Assembly (NCBI RefSeq): GCF_006345805.1
Contig: NC_043013.1
Coordinates: forward strand, 51,274,001-51,338,000
Length of the DNA stretch: 64,000 nucleotides
Origin: Octopus sinensis
Taxonomy: Eukaryota
Direction: 5' to 3'
The notes below the pieces were generated by a model, which did not search any database, was not told where the DNA came from, and was given only the letters and a program-made list of their open reading frames with translations. The position numbers and the translations under genes were made by a program. The number at the start of each line of letters is the position of its first letter. The stretch's first letter is position 1. This document shows positions 39,930 to 55,007 of the stretch, piece after piece.

Positions 39930-41090
39930 TTTTCTTTGTACTTTGCTGCTGCTTTTACTCATGCTTTTGCTAAGGTTAGCTCTCTGGGAATATATGTCAG
40001 ATATCGATCTTCTGGCCGCCTCTTTAATCTTCGCCGATTTGCTGCCAATTCAAAGGTTTCCCAGTCTAATATTCGTGACCTCCTTTATGCAGATGACTGT
40101 GACTTAGTCACTCATACAGTGGATGACATGCAAATACTCATGAATTGCATTTCTGCTTCTTGCAGGGCATTTGGACTCAGCATTAGCCTGGGCAAGACTG
40201 TTGTAATGTTCTAGCCTGCACCAGGAAATCCATATATAGAACCAGCTATCTTGGTTGAAGGAACAATTCTGAAGGTAGTAGACAAGTTTGTCTACCTGGG
40301 CAGCACACTCAGCCGTTCTTACTCCCTGGATGAGGAAATATCTTTCAGGTTGCAGAGAGCAACTAATTCCTTCCGGTCTCTTCAGTTTCGTGTCTGGTTC
40401 CAACATGGCATCGCAAGGAGAACAAAAGTTGCTGTGTACCATGCTTGCGTACTGACATCGCTTCTCTACTCATGTGAGACATGGACTCCGTACAAACGTC
40501 AGGTAAGGGTACTTGAACGTTTTCATCAGAGATGTCTCAGACACATTCTCAATGTTGGCTGGACCTCAAAAATTCCAGACACACAGATCCTAAGGACAGC
40601 TGATATCTTGAGTATTGAGGCGATGGTGCACAAGCACCGGTTACGTTATTAGAATGAAGGATAGAAGAATTCCTAAGCAGATACTCTATGGAGAACTTGT
40701 GATTGGAAGGAGACTCCGGCAGAAACCAAGGCTGCGATTTAAGGACTGTGTCAAGTCCTCATTAAAGGCCTGTGATATGCAGAACACTGACTGGGAGAAC
40801 AATGCCTGTCATCGCCACAGATGGAGGAAGCAGGTTAAGGAGGGGATCGACACTTTTGAGAGAGCACGTATCCAGCATGAAGAACTTAAGCGAGCTGCGC
40901 GAAAGCGCACGGCTCGTATAGTGAATGGGGAAAGCTTGGTCTGCAATGTTTGCAGTCGTCTATGTTTGTCAAGTGCAGGGCTCATTAGCCACCAACGGAG
41001 CCGAAAATGCAAAATATAAGTTAGTCCTAGAGCGCACAATGTTCCTGAAGGTCGTTAATGGTCTTCCTCGGTCACGAGTGGACTGCCATC
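39930..41090 (+). mobile_element. 5'-truncated RTE (BovB-like) LINE: RT C-terminus plus C-terminal Cys/His motif
   Basis: [14 protein letters not shown] at 40086-40097, KFVYLGS, LLYSCETW, LRFKD, CNVC...SH; stop at 40212 and frameshift ~40650. Confidence 0.92.
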
Positions 41091-41164
41091 ATATATATAT
41101 ATATATAATTCAATTTGCAACAGTGGATCTCGAACCGCAGAAATCTATAAGTGTTACATATATA

Positions 41165-41410
41165 CATATATACATATATACGACGAACTACTTTCCGTTT
41201 CCGTCTATCTAATCCACTCACAAAGCTTTGGTCGGCCCAGGGATATAATAGATAACATTTACCCAAGGTGCCAGGCAGTGGGTCTGAACCCGGAACCCTG
41301 TGTTTGGGAAGCAAGCTTTTTACCACACAACGAGTATATTTTATTTATTTTATTTTATTTTATTTTATCTAGTTTCAGCTCACGAGCTGTGGCCATGCTG
41401 GGGCACCGCC
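41165..41410 (-). mobile_element. SINE family A head and separate tail fragments
   Basis: Reverse complement matches. Confidence 0.7.
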
Positions 41411-41839
41411 ATTCGGTGCTGCTACATGATTTTACTTCACGAATGCATTTTAGCAATTGACATTTGGTGCATGAGAGAGTTAGATGCAGCTTCCCTCGTC
41501 TGCACCTCCTGCCGTGAAGTTGGTTCATCTGGGACACCTGACAGGAAGAGGTCCAGCTTTATTTTAAATATATGTTTATTATTTGTAATGTATATTATTT
41601 GTAATTCCAAGATTTATATAATATATAAATCTCGGCTGAAGTGTATTTCTCCCTCTGTCTGTCTCCTTGTCTCTGTCCCACATATATGTGCACATACATC
41701 TACAGGTATTTATTATCATATTTATGCAATTAGGTGGGATTGAACTGAAAACTACATGGTTGAGAAGCTAGCTTTGTTACTGTCAGCGTATTGGTTTCCA
41801 TGTGAATTCAGAATAAAATCAGTGATTGTAAGGATACAT

Positions 41840-41967
41840 TCGAACCACACGGTTCTGGATTCAGTCCTACTGCGTGGCACCTTGAACAAGTTTCTTCTTC
41901 TATAGTCGCGGGCCAAACAAAGCCTTGTAAGTGGATTTGGTAGACGGAAACTAAAAGAAGCACATCG

Positions 41968-42033
<66 letters not shown>

Positions 42034-42230
42034 TATATCGGTGTGTTTGTGTTTGTCCCCACCTCACCGCCTGACAGTCGGTGTTGGTTCGTTTACGTCC
42101 CCGTAGCATAGAGGTTCGGCAAATGAGACATATAATAAGTACCAGAATTTCAAATAAAAGTAAGTATTGGGATCAATTCGTTCGATTAGAAAGCCCCAGC
42201 TTGCCGCGGTCAATGACTAACACAACTAGA
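41840..42230 (+). mobile_element. SINE family A, diverged
   Basis: ggattcagtcctactgcgtggcaccttgaacaag...; tail gtccccgtagc. Confidence 0.8.
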
Positions 42231-42325
42231 AGATGAGGATAATAGATTTCTCTGGGTAAAGTATTATTTTTAACCCCACAAACACACAAACAACACACAC
42301 ATATATATACATATGTCAGTATGTG

Positions 42326-42363
<38 letters not shown>

Positions 42364-42868
42364 ATTATATATATATATATATATATAATATATATGTGTG
42401 TGTGTGTGTGGTCTGTGTGTGTGTGTGTGTATGTATGTGTGTGTGTGTATGAATGTATATTCCACTTTTACACCGACCATGCGATCAGATGTTGTAACAC
42501 ATCGCTGATCAATGCGCTTTGCATCGTTTTAGCTTTCAAATGATGCTACCCTGCTGCTTAGGTAAGTCAATATATAATATATATATATATATATACTAAT
42601 ATATATATTATATATATATAAAATGTATATATATATATAATGTATATATATATATATATATAATATAAATATAATGTATATATATATATATATATATATA
42701 TAGATATATATATAGTATGTATGTATTTTTTATATATATATATATATGTATGTATGTTTTTTTATATATATATATATTTTTATATACTAATATATTTATG
42801 TATATATATATATGTACATATAGAAATATATAGATATATAGACACACACACACACACACACACACACC

Positions 42869-42968
42869 NNNNNNNNNNNNNNNNNNNNNNNNNNNNNNNN
42901 NNNNNNNNNNNNNNNNNNNNNNNNNNNNNNNNNNNNNNNNNNNNNNNNNNNNNNNNNNNNNNNNNNNN
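42869..42968. other. Assembly gap (100 N)
   Basis: N run. Confidence 0.99.
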
Positions 42969-43722
42969 TGGTCGCTTGACTGTGCAGGGGCGACCTAAGA
43001 GAGCAGTACGCTATGAAGTGTGGAAGTCCATTGTTGGTGACGTGCATGGAAAGGTAAACATGCAACGCTACGTCCAGAGACAATAAAAAATTGTCATGCA
43101 GATCTGATGACCATGGGCTCTGTAAACGATGCAAGAAATGGCCGTCCAACAACTCCTCGATCAGCGGAGACGTGGCAATAGTACAGGAAATGTTTAATCG
43201 CAGCCAGCAAAAATCAATAGGTCAAGCAGCTCATGATAGTGGACTAATAAGACACACAATACATACGGTTTTGCATAAAGAATTGAAATTTTGTCTGTAG
43301 AAACTCCATTACGTGATGGAGCTAAAACCTGAAGACTGTGGCCACAGAAGTCCAGAAGTCCAAGAAGTCCATAAGTCCAAGAAGTCCAGAAGTCCAAGAA
43401 GTCCAGATCTCACTCTATGTGATTTTTACGTGTGGGGTTACACAAAAGAAGAGGTGTACAAAACAAAATCCCGCACACTGGAGGACTTGGACAAACGGAT
43501 GCAGGATAAACTAGACGACGTCCTTCATAAGATCGTTCATTCCATCCTTGGCTGTTTGAGGAAACTTGTTGATGCCACCGGTGCTTACATTGAAATATGA
43601 AGATTTACTTTCATTTTGACATGTAATAAAGAACATATATCATTTGTTTGAATAAATTTGTAAAAGGAACATGGATTTTATTACTAATTTTTAATGCCTA
43701 CTTACATTTCACTCACACTGCA
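42969..43722 (+). mobile_element. Internally deleted Tc1/mariner element (rosa/DD41D-like)
   Basis: QEMFNRSQQKSIGQAA..SGL.RHTIHTVLHKELK joined to PRSPDLTLCDFYVWGY.KEEVY; end ...tcactcacactg. Confidence 0.75.
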
Positions 43723-44479
43723 TATACATATTACATATACATGAATAGAGAGAGAAAAAAATAAAGAGAGTGAGAGAGACGCGGAGATATATGTATATCT
43801 ATGCATGTATATATATATGAACATACATGCACGATGTTTAACTGAATATGATCGGGACTGTGTCTAAACTTCGCAGAGTAGCCGTTTGACACAGTTGACC
43901 TTGAACTCTGCTGCGCATACTCAGTAAGTTATGAGGCTGTTGCTCACTTTCGTTGTTTATTGTAGTGCTTGGAAGTAAAGTTTGTAGAGTGTGGTAGTCT
44001 CGACACACGGCAGGGGTTGCGTCAGTGACTATGGCGGAGAAATTGGATTGATGTATATTTTGTCCTACCTTCGATTTATCGATGCGGTGAGCGTATGCAT
44101 CCTTGAGGGTGGGTGCGGTCTCGCGTGCATCGGTCGTGTATGTGTGAAGTTGCGTACACGGGAGTGATGTGTGATCGGCTTGAATGTGCGGAGTTTGCTA
44201 CGAATCGTTGGTGGACCATCGTGATGAATGGGGCCCATATACGTGTAGTGATGGGGTTCCCTTCGCCATGCACGATTGTACCTGTGTGGCAGTCTCCATG
44301 TGTACATTCGCGCACGGGTATACATGCGTGGGGCACACGCGCACGGCATGTGCGTGTGCCCCCTCACATGTACATATGCATGCTTGCTGGGCTCGATAAG
44401 TGCAACAGTATGTTCGCGCCCGCACTCATGCAGATGGGTGAATTGCACAACTAAAATACGCACACGTGTGTGTGTTGCG

Positions 44480-45900
44480 TTTTTTGGTTGGTAGTTTGTT
44501 ATCTGTGTGAGAGGAGTGGGTGTGAGCGTATTGTTGTGTATGTCGGGTGTTGGTACGTATGTATATGGGTGTGTGTGGGGTGTACGTAGTGTTGTGTGTG
44601 TGTGTTTTGCGTATGTGTGTTTGTGTGTGGATGTAATGTGTGTGGATTACTATGTGGGTGTGTATTGTGTATGGTGGGGGGAGTTTTGTCATTGTATGTG
44701 TGTGGGTTTCATTTGTCATGGTGGTTTGTTGGTGATTTGTGGTAGGTCTGTATATTTGGGTTGATTATGTATTGTTCTGTGTGTGCAATTGTATACATGC
44801 ATGATTGGTGTGCGTGGGATTGCGCCCATTTTTGGGGATGTATGTGTTTATTTGTCTGTGTGGGGGGGAGTGGGTTTTTGGTGTATATATTGAGGTTTAT
44901 ACGTATGTATAGGTATGTGTGAGTGAGGTGGGGTATTTGTATATGTCGTGGGTGTGTGGTTTACGTGTGTGTATTGTTGTGTGAATGTATAGGTTAGGGG
45001 GATTGCTATATAGGTATGTTATAGAGTTTAGTAAAGGAGGTTTTATCATTATATGTATTTATGAGTTTAGTTTATCATGGTTGTTTATTAAAGAATTCGT
45101 AGTAATTTATGTCTATTTACGATGTTTGTTATTTTATTACATTATTCCATTCATAATTTTTAAGTAATGTTCGTTTACCACGTGAATATAATTTTTAATT
45201 CCATTTATTCCATTTCTCCATTCATAATTTTAAATGACGTTCGTTTCCAGAGCGCGAATACTTTTTATACATATGTTAGGTTCCTATGGTAACGTATTTT
45301 ATATATCGTATTATGTGTAGTAATGTTGTTTTTCTTTTGAGTGTTTATGTATGTGTGAATGTGTGTGTGTGTGCGTATTTTAGTTGTGTAATTTATTTAT
45401 CTGTATGAGTGTGGGTGTGAAAATATTGTTGTATATATCGAGTTTAGTAAGTATGTATTTGTATATGTGAGGGGGTATACGTATATGTTGTGTGTGTGTG
45501 TTTTACGTATGTATATTTGTGTGTGAATGTGTATATGGGATTGTGTATATGTGTAATTGTGTATGGTAGGGGGAGTTTTATCATTATATGTATGTGGGTT
45601 TCATTTATCATGATGGTTTATTGGTGTTTTGTAGTAGATTCTGTATATTTAAGTTGATTATATATTATTCCATTCATAATTTAAAAAAAAAAACGTTCGA
45701 TCACCACGTGCAAAGAATTGTTTATTTTGCTTTTGAGTGTTTATGTATGTGTGAATGTGTGTGTGTGTGTGTGTGGATTATTTGCGTAATTTATTTATCT
45801 GTATAGATGTGGGTGTGAATATATTGGTGTATATATCGAGTGCTGTATGTTTGTATATGTATGTGTGAGCGGGTATACGTATATTGTTTATGAATGTGGG
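44480..45900. repeat. Degenerate ~400-bp GT-rich tandem repeat, ~4 units
   Basis: ggagtttt(a/g)tcatt(a/g)tatgt and tt(a)tctgt..gtgggtgtga blocks recur at ~44500, 44850-45040, 45390-45580, 45790. Confidence 0.65.
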
Positions 45901-47540
45901 TTGTATGTGTGTGTGGGGAGTATGAATAAGTATTGTGTTGAAGTATTTGGCTATTTTATTTATTTATCGTTGCTTAGACATTTTTATGTGTATGTATAGG
46001 GATATATATATAGGTGTGTGACTTAGTGTATGTATTTAGATATGGTTATATATAATTAGTTATATGTGTATGGGTGTATATATAGTTTATTTTTATTTGT
46101 TTTATATTTAATTGTTGATAGGTTCATTTTAGTTTATATATTGATTTATATGGATTATATATAGGTATATATAGATTATATATTTATATTTTTTCATTGA
46201 TACTTTAATTATTTTAAAATTATTTTTTATACTTATATTTTAAAATATTGATATTTTAGATCGGAAATCCACCTGAATATTGTCGATCAAGACATGAAAC
46301 AATTGCAGTGGCGGTTTTTTTACTCTTTATTAAAATTTTATGTATTGATTAAGTCTTTCCTTGTGTTTTGCAAAATAGTGGTTTTGTCTCTAATTAATAT
46401 TATATAATATATATAGATATATATATAATATATATATGTACGCGTGTGTGAGTGCATTTGTGTGAGTGTGTGTGTGTTTTGTGTGTGTGTGTGTGTTGTG
46501 CATGTGTGTATGTATGTGTATGGGCACTTGCATATGGGGCTGTGTGTGTGTGAATGCAAGCGTGGAAAGATACATGGTGTAATGGTTATTACGGCCTAGA
46601 GTCTTTCCAAAACTGAAATCACACTTGAAAGGAACAAGATTTGAAGACAGGTATGGAATCCAAGAGAATGGAAAAGGACAGCTGCTCGTTAACCCCACCA
46701 AAAAGAAAAAAAAAGAAAGTTTCAGGAATATTTCCAACAATGGAAACGATGCTGGATACAATGTTTGGCGTCAGAAGAGGACCATTTCTTAGGCGATTAA
46801 ATCCCGAATTCGTTTGTGTGGTAGTTTTCTTTTGATAATACCAATCGAGATACATTTCGATCAAACCTCGTATACATATACATATATATTCACACATATA
46901 TCACACATACACATAAAATCATATTCCCAAGACTCTTTTTCAAATACGACCCGATACATATATCAACTTATGTAATGGAGACGGCGATCAGCATTTGACA
47001 CGACGCTATTAAAAATGTTTAAATTCCATATAGAATTAAAACACCACCAGCCTAACACCACACACATACACTCATCTTATATTAAGGACACAACAACGTT
47101 TATATTAATCACTATTTATCAAAATTTCTCATATATTCTTATTAGGCCGTTATGTTTAGTTGTGTGTTATTGCTAAATTCACTCGTTTGTTTGAAGACCT
47201 CCCAAGTCTCATCATCAGAGTGGCAATGTTGATGTATTGTTAATGTGTGTGGAGAACGACATGTGTGTGGGGACCAGCACGTCTGTGGGGTCTGGTATAT
47301 GTGTGTGTGTGTGTGGTGGGGTACCAGCGTGTCAAGGGACATACACAACATTTCCTCTGCGCGTCGTAAACATGAGACCAAATGAAGGAGGTTGAAGTAG
47401 GATTTGCCCTGCAACCTCGCAAAACCCTCGCTGGCAACGACTACCCAAAATAGACCCATACGTTGGAGGGTTGTCGCCTAAATGGTGCAAAGGCGCCCTA
47501 ATATGGTGGATGCAGCGACGCGATGTTACAGCTGATGGCC

Positions 47541-47690
<150 letters not shown>

Positions 47691-48909
47691 AAGATTATTA
47701 ACTTTCTAGAGTTAGACGTAATTGATAACAAGGCATATATGACAGTCGCATAATTTATATTGCCGAGGTATTTTCGCCAAAATTGAGACTACGGCATGAG
47801 TCGGATTCTATTATTGATCTCCGGGTATTTATAACAGCGTGTTACACATTCAGTAAAAACTGTCTCAACTCCTGTAGCTTTAGGTTAAGATCTGATTTGA
47901 TAGGTATATATAAATGATCGAACATGTACGTTGTTGATTCCAGGTGTGCCATCTGTTAATCAGATAATTTGGGATTGAGTACGTAGTACAGAAATCCATC
48001 ATGTGAGTGTAAGATGTAGAAAATATTGAATAGAACGTTAGGCTGGAATCGGTAGCTACTTGTGTACATACGAAGCGCAATAGATATATACCTCAATTTC
48101 GCCGAAGCCAAGAGCTAAAGGTTGGCTTGATAACTTAAGTCAAACGATGTTTCGGTAAGCATTCAACGATAGTAGTGCGGTGCTGTGGTAAGTAGAGACA
48201 CGTCTCAAACTAGTGTGCGGAATTAAATTATTCTGGACATCATTGTAAATGTACATTATGTAGGAGGAGTACAGGAGCGCAAGAAGAATACCCTGAACAC
48301 AATTTAGTAAGGAGAAAGTGGCTGATGGTTAGAAATGTCTGGGAAGCATTGAGGCAGAGAAAATATGACAGAAAATATGCGAAAGAGTGCGTGAGTTAGT
48401 ATTAAAATTATCTTCAAAGGCATTGATCATAAAACGCAGACTGACGAGCGGTTTTACCGTGGGAGCTATAACGAGACAAGGCTATGTTTTAAGATGTCTT
48501 AATGAAAAATATATTACTTAAGTAAGGAATCAACGTATGGCTTAGTCTAGTTCTAAATATAGCGCAGTCTGTGTCAGTCGCGTCGATTAAAGAATAAACC
48601 GCCCCACCTCATCTGTTTTGATTTCATTTTTCTAACCTCAAGGATATCCGTTGCTAAATACAGGATAAAAATAAAACGAAAAATATTATAAGAGAAAGAA
48701 AATAACAAAACTCAATAGATAAATACATGAGATTTTTTTTTCAAACTCGTAAATAAAATGCATAAAGTTGTAATTAAATATAGAAAAAAAAGAACAAGCT
48801 ATTTTTAAACAACCAAACAGACAGCATGACATACAAATGTGAATTGCTTCAACGAGTTGTTATTTTAGGGTCTGAATAAAGCTCGATGAAATGTTTACAA
48901 AATGTACGT

Positions 48910-48926
48910 GATTATTATTATTATTA

Positions 48927-48987
<61 letters not shown>

Positions 48988-49037
48988 CATCATTATTATT
49001 ATTATTATTATCATTATTATTATTATCATTATCATCA

Positions 49038-49092
<55 letters not shown>

Positions 49093-49267
49093 CATCATTA
49101 TTATTATTATCATTATCATCATTATTATTATTATCATTATCATCATTATTATTATTATTATTATATTATTATTATTATTTTCATTATTATTATTACTATT
49201 ATTATTATTATTATTATTATTATTATCATCATTATATTATTATTATTTATTATTATTATTATTATCA

Positions 49268-49302
<35 letters not shown>

Positions 49303-49323
49303 TATCATCATTATTATTATTAC

Positions 49324-49358
<35 letters not shown>

Positions 49359-49389
49359 CATATTATTATTATCATTATTATTATTATTA

Positions 49390-49421
<32 letters not shown>

Positions 49422-49438
49422 TTCATTATTATTATTAC

Positions 49439-49506
<68 letters not shown>

Positions 49507-49515
49507 TTGTTGTTG
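48910..49515. repeat. ~600-bp (ATT)n array flipping to (AAT)n at ~49467
   Basis: direct reading. Confidence 0.97.
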
Positions 49516-49681
49516 TTGTAGGTGGTGGTATTTGTAGTAGTAGTTGTTGTTGCTAACTAGAATATTCAGAAATGCATTTATAAGACTTGAAATATGCATG
49601 TATATGTATGTGAATGTATGCATGTAAGTTTAAAGACACATATATATGTGTATGCACATATACATACATATTTATATACAT

Positions 49682-49718
<37 letters not shown>

Positions 49719-50912
49719 GGTTTATACAGATATATATATATATACATGCATACATATACATATATATATAAGTTTATACATATATAGACATATATACATA
49801 CGTACACACACATATATATATATGTGTGTGTATATATATATATATATATATAATATTATATATATATATATGTGTGTGTGGTGTGTGTGTGTGTGTTTGT
49901 ATGTATCTATGTATATGTACTTGTACGTGGGCACAGAGTTCACACTCACGCAACCGCCCACACAAACACACACACAAGTTGCACACGTATTAAAGCTTGT
50001 CTGCATTTATACACATACGTGTAATAAGTTGGTACACATACTGAACACTATCTATTGATACATACACACGCACAAAAATAAACACACACACACACACGCA
50101 CATACACACACAAACTCACATTCACACACTCACACTCACACACTCACACACACACACTCACGCAGAAATACACACACACACACACATATATCTATTTATT
50201 CTCACACCCACAAAATCACGCACATACGTTTTATATTTCCAAATGTCTTATTTTTATTCTTATTTCATATTTTATTAAAACGTAGAAATTTCCAAAAATA
50301 CGGCAACGACTATCTGTCGTGTATGTTGTACAACTAATCTTGTTCTTGATGTTCTTGCTGTTGTTGTCATGATATTTGTTGGAAGACTGGTTGTAATTTT
50401 CACTGTTGTTACATGTTGTTGTTGCTGTTGTTGTTACTACGCAACACAACACTTGCTTTTGTTTCTTTGATGCAATGATTCTGAGATGAATGGGTGGAGC
50501 ACTAAATAAAACTCTGTCTTCCTGTTATTCTTACAGTTTGTAACACCTGACTTGCGTTCGCCATTCATTTCACCCTCCTCCCACTTCTCCTTCTCCTTTG
50601 CCTTTTCTTTACTTCCAATCTGCCTTCCTCTTCCTCTTTCTCCTCCAAATCTGTCTCTTCATAATTATGTTTGTCTTTTTCTTTCATCGTCTAAGGCAAT
50701 CTGTGCAAGTATACACATGTATATAAATATATAATATTATATACACATAATATAAATATATATACATATATATATATACATATATATATACAAATATATA
50801 TAAATATATATATATATACATATATATAAATATATATATAATATATATATTCATATATAGATACATACGTACATATATATATACACATATATCTATATGT
50901 ATCCATATACAT

Positions 50913-50960
<48 letters not shown>

Positions 50961-51978
50961 TTATATATATATATAACAAATGTATATATATATATGTATA
51001 TATAATATATATTATACTATATATGGATACGCATACATATATATATATATACACACAACATATATATAATATATATATATATATTATTATATATATATAT
51101 ATATAATACATGCATACAATCACGGACGCACACACGTGTACTCACACGTATACACAAGTATATATGATTACACATGGCTGTGGATGTGCGCGTGGCCGCG
51201 AGATCGTGGGTTCGTTTCCTCGGCGTGTTGTCTTCTTGAGCAAAACACCTCGTTTCATATTATTGCACCACCGGTAGGAGAGTAGCAGTCGTTCACGCAT
51301 CGGCAAACATGCTTTCCGGTATACCTCTACATTCTGAGTTCAAATCGCACTTGGCTGGAATAGACAACGGGAAACCAGTACACATTCGACTGTAGTCATA
51401 GTAGCCCAAGTTCAGTTCCTGTAATTCACAGGGGATGGTACGGATCTTCCTTTGGTCGTCGTATCGAACCAGTTCAAGGGTAGATCACAGCTAAACATGG
51501 AAAATGATTTTCATGTCAAAATGTCAAAGCATGTTACTTCTTAATCCTATTTTGAGAATGAAGGTAGGCTGAAATGCAATACCAGGATAATCAAATGGTA
51601 TATAGATATACACACTCCCCCTCATCTATATATAGATATACACATCTCCCCCTCTCCCTCCCCCCTCTCTGTATAAATTGACAATTTTATATAGATTTTT
51701 CTTTCTTGAAACTGTTACTTTCATGTTGGCAGTATATATAAACGTATATGTATGTATGTATATATATATATATATATAGATTATATATATTATTATGAAT
51801 TATTATATATATATATAAATATGTATGTATATGTATATATATACATATATGTTGTATATATATACATGTATATATATATACATGTATATATATATATGTT
51901 ATATATATGTTTATGAATATATATTGTATATATATATGTTATATATGTATATATATATGCATATGTATATGTATATAT

Positions 51979-52033
<55 letters not shown>

Positions 52034-53074
52034 CACATGTATGTATGTATGTATGTGTAATATAAATGTGGATCCATTGAGAAAAGCGTTTTTCACTGGG
52101 TGAAGCTAACAAGATAGATAATTTCCGGTAGGATTAATTTGAAGACATAATTTGTTAAGCTAAACGTTGAATATGTTTGCTAATATAATTTTCTTGATCA
52201 GCCTTTGGTTAATATTTGAACAGATTTCCTCTCCATGTAAGGTAAACAACTTGTAGATTTTGCGAATATGTTGAGATTTCATTTCATATTTGAATGCTTG
52301 TTGCCGAAATTTGCGGTTATATTTTCTAAATATTTTCCTCTAATATGAGAACCCTCTATTTTATATAAATATGGTAAGCCATGTGTTATTTTTCCTTAAT
52401 AGTTCAATAACTTTCAAACCTTAATAATAGAAACCTGAAAATATCGATGGCAGAATAAAAACAGGAATTGCAACAAATATAATCTGAAATGAAATCAATA
52501 TCTGAAAAATAGAAGGAGGAGGGGACACATCGAAAATTTAGAAAGGAAGGGGATAGAAAAAAGAAAGAAAGAGAAAGGCACAAAGGAAAAAAGATAAGGA
52601 AAGAAACGTAAGTTTATAAATATTTGAAACGCAGAGATGTGTGAATTACGTACACATGTGTCTAAATATGCATAAACCAAATGCCTATCAGATGCTTCAT
52701 ATAGCGTTTGCCTTTCACATTAGTCTCTGATTTAGTATCCAATTTGAGACTAATTTTATATAGCTTTTTTATTATACTTCTTTGGGTTCCTGCTTGTAAC
52801 GTCTGTTTCCTTACTTGAATGTCTTAGTATTTTCAATAATTCTGTAAAAGAGCAATTCTATTACTCTTTTTTAGAGCTACTCTGACATTGACGAGAGGTC
52901 AAAGTTTCCCCCAGAAGGATTTTGGCCTGAACATTTACATAAGAGTTAATTCTGTTAAAATCTGTTAGGAGACAGGTGTGGGGTCAAATCGGTCGATGTG
53001 TTAAATCTAACTACTCGAGTTCATAAAAAATGTTAGAAATAATTAAGAAAAAAAAACAATAGAATAATCTTTTA

Positions 53075-53460
53075 TTTGCTTCAGTTATTAGAATGCGGCC
53101 ATGCTGCAGCACCACATAGGAAGTATTTTCGTCGATTGAATAGACCCCAGTACTTATTATTTTTGTAAAGATTGATACTTATTCTATCGCAGACCCTTTT
53201 GCTGAGTGACGTAAACACACCAACACCGGTTGTCAAACAGTGCAGAGGACAAACAATCGTGTGTACGTGTGTGTGTGTGCGTGCATGCATGTATGTATTC
53301 GACGGTCTCCTTTCAGTTCCCGTCCACCAAATCTACTCACAAGACTTTGGTCAGCCCGAGGCTATAGTAGAAGACAATTGCCCAAGGTACCACGCAGTGG
53401 GATTGAACCCGGAACCATGTGGTTGGGAAGCAAACATCTTGCCAACAGTCACACCAGCGC
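53075..53460 (-). mobile_element. SINE family A whose head is interrupted by a family C insertion
   Basis: Reverse complement of A; nested element at 53463-53770. Confidence 0.8.
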
Positions 53461-53462
53461 AT

Positions 53463-53770
53463 TTTTTGTCGCTCTTTTCAAGCCTAGCCAGGCTCATGGG
53501 CCTGGTTTCCCGGTTTCTGTGGAATATGTGTTCCCCCCCCCCCCAGCTGGACGGGACGCCAGTCCATCGCAGTGTTACTCAAGAAACATGAAGAGAGTGT
53601 GAGAGAAAGTTGGGGCGAAAGAGTACAACAGTGGTCTCCATCACCCCCTGCCGGAGCCTCGTGGAGCTTTTAGGTGTTTTCCCTCAATAAACGCACACAA
53701 CGCCAGGTCTGGGAATCGAAACCGCGATCCTCCGACCGTGAGTCCACTGCCTGAACCATTGCGCCTCCAC
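53463..53770 (-). mobile_element. SINE family C, head H2 + tail T2, 14-bp TSD
   Basis: TSD tcacaccagcgcat at 53449-53462 and 53771-53784. Confidence 0.9.
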
Positions 53771-54060
53771 TCACACCAGCGCATATTGATGTATATGTTA
53801 TCCGATGTATATTTTATCTTTTGGCACGGTATATCAAATGATTTGCATATGAAGCATATTTTCTATATGAGGTTTTTTCTCTATCATATATACAGAATTA
53901 TATGCCAAGTCCTTAACAGGAGGATCCCAATTTCCAACTGATATCGGGAAGACCAAATACCCTATAGCCCTGCAACATTCGTGTAGAGAATTCCTCCATT
54001 TTATAGTATGTGTTGTTAACATTGTACTTCCTGTAACTCCCATTATTAGCATAACCACTA

Positions 54061-54600
54061 AGGCCGCAAGCTGGCAGAACCGTTAGCACGCCCGGCGAAA
54101 TGCGTAGCCGTATTTCGTCTACCGTTACGTTCTGAGTTCAAATTCCGCCGAGGTCGACTTTGCCTTTCATCCTTTCGCGGTCGATAAATTAAGTACCAGT
54201 TACGCACTGGGGGTCAATGTAATCGACTTAATCCGTTTGTCTGTCCTTGCTTGTCTCCTCTGTGTAGCCCCTTGTGGGTAGTAAAGAAATATGTATTTCG
54301 TCTGCCGTTACGTTGTGAGTTCAAATTCCGCCGAGGTCGACTTTGCCTTTCATCCTTTTGCGGTCGATAAATTAAGTACCAGTTACGCACTGGGGTCAAT
54401 GTAATCGACTTAATCCGTTTGTCTGTCCTTGCTTGTCTCCTCTGTGTAGCCCCTTGTGGATAGTAAAGAAATATGTATTTCGTCTGCCGTTACTTTCTGA
54501 GTTCAAATTCCGCCGAGGTCCACTTTGCCTTTCATCCTTTTGGGGTTGAGGAAATAAGTACCAGTTGAACAATGGGGGTAGATGTAATCGACAAACCCCG
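54061..54600 (+). mobile_element. SINE family B concatemer: head plus ~3 modules, ~182-bp period
   Basis: Modules at ~54110, 54293, 54474 sharing private variants. Confidence 0.9.
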
Positions 54601-55007
54601 CCACTTCTTCCAAGCTAGCAAACTATCAAAACTGAACTACTGCACATCAGAAGGCATTTAGAGAAGAGATCATTTATCTCGTAAAACTAGCGGATACTAA
54701 AAACTGCCACGAAGATGATCAGTCGTCTGTAGGTCTGAAATACATACAAGAACTGATGTCAGAGATAAATATGTTGCAGAATGTTATCTTAATGCATTAA
54801 TAAGATTGAACAGGTTATAACAAACTGAATACCTACTTCATAAAATATGCACGTAAAATTCAAAGCCATTGTAATACGCACACACCAAGTTGCTGGAAGT
54901 TAGGATTTAGGAGAAATAAATTCAGAATCATCATCATCATTTATTTATGGAAAATGTAATTTTCATATGAAAGATAATGAACAGTATCTGCATAGTAAAC
55001 TACGAAA

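Noticed and set aside
48430-48480. CTGACGA-GCGG..CCG hammerhead-like start
   Set aside because: No GAAA after the stem and no stem I.
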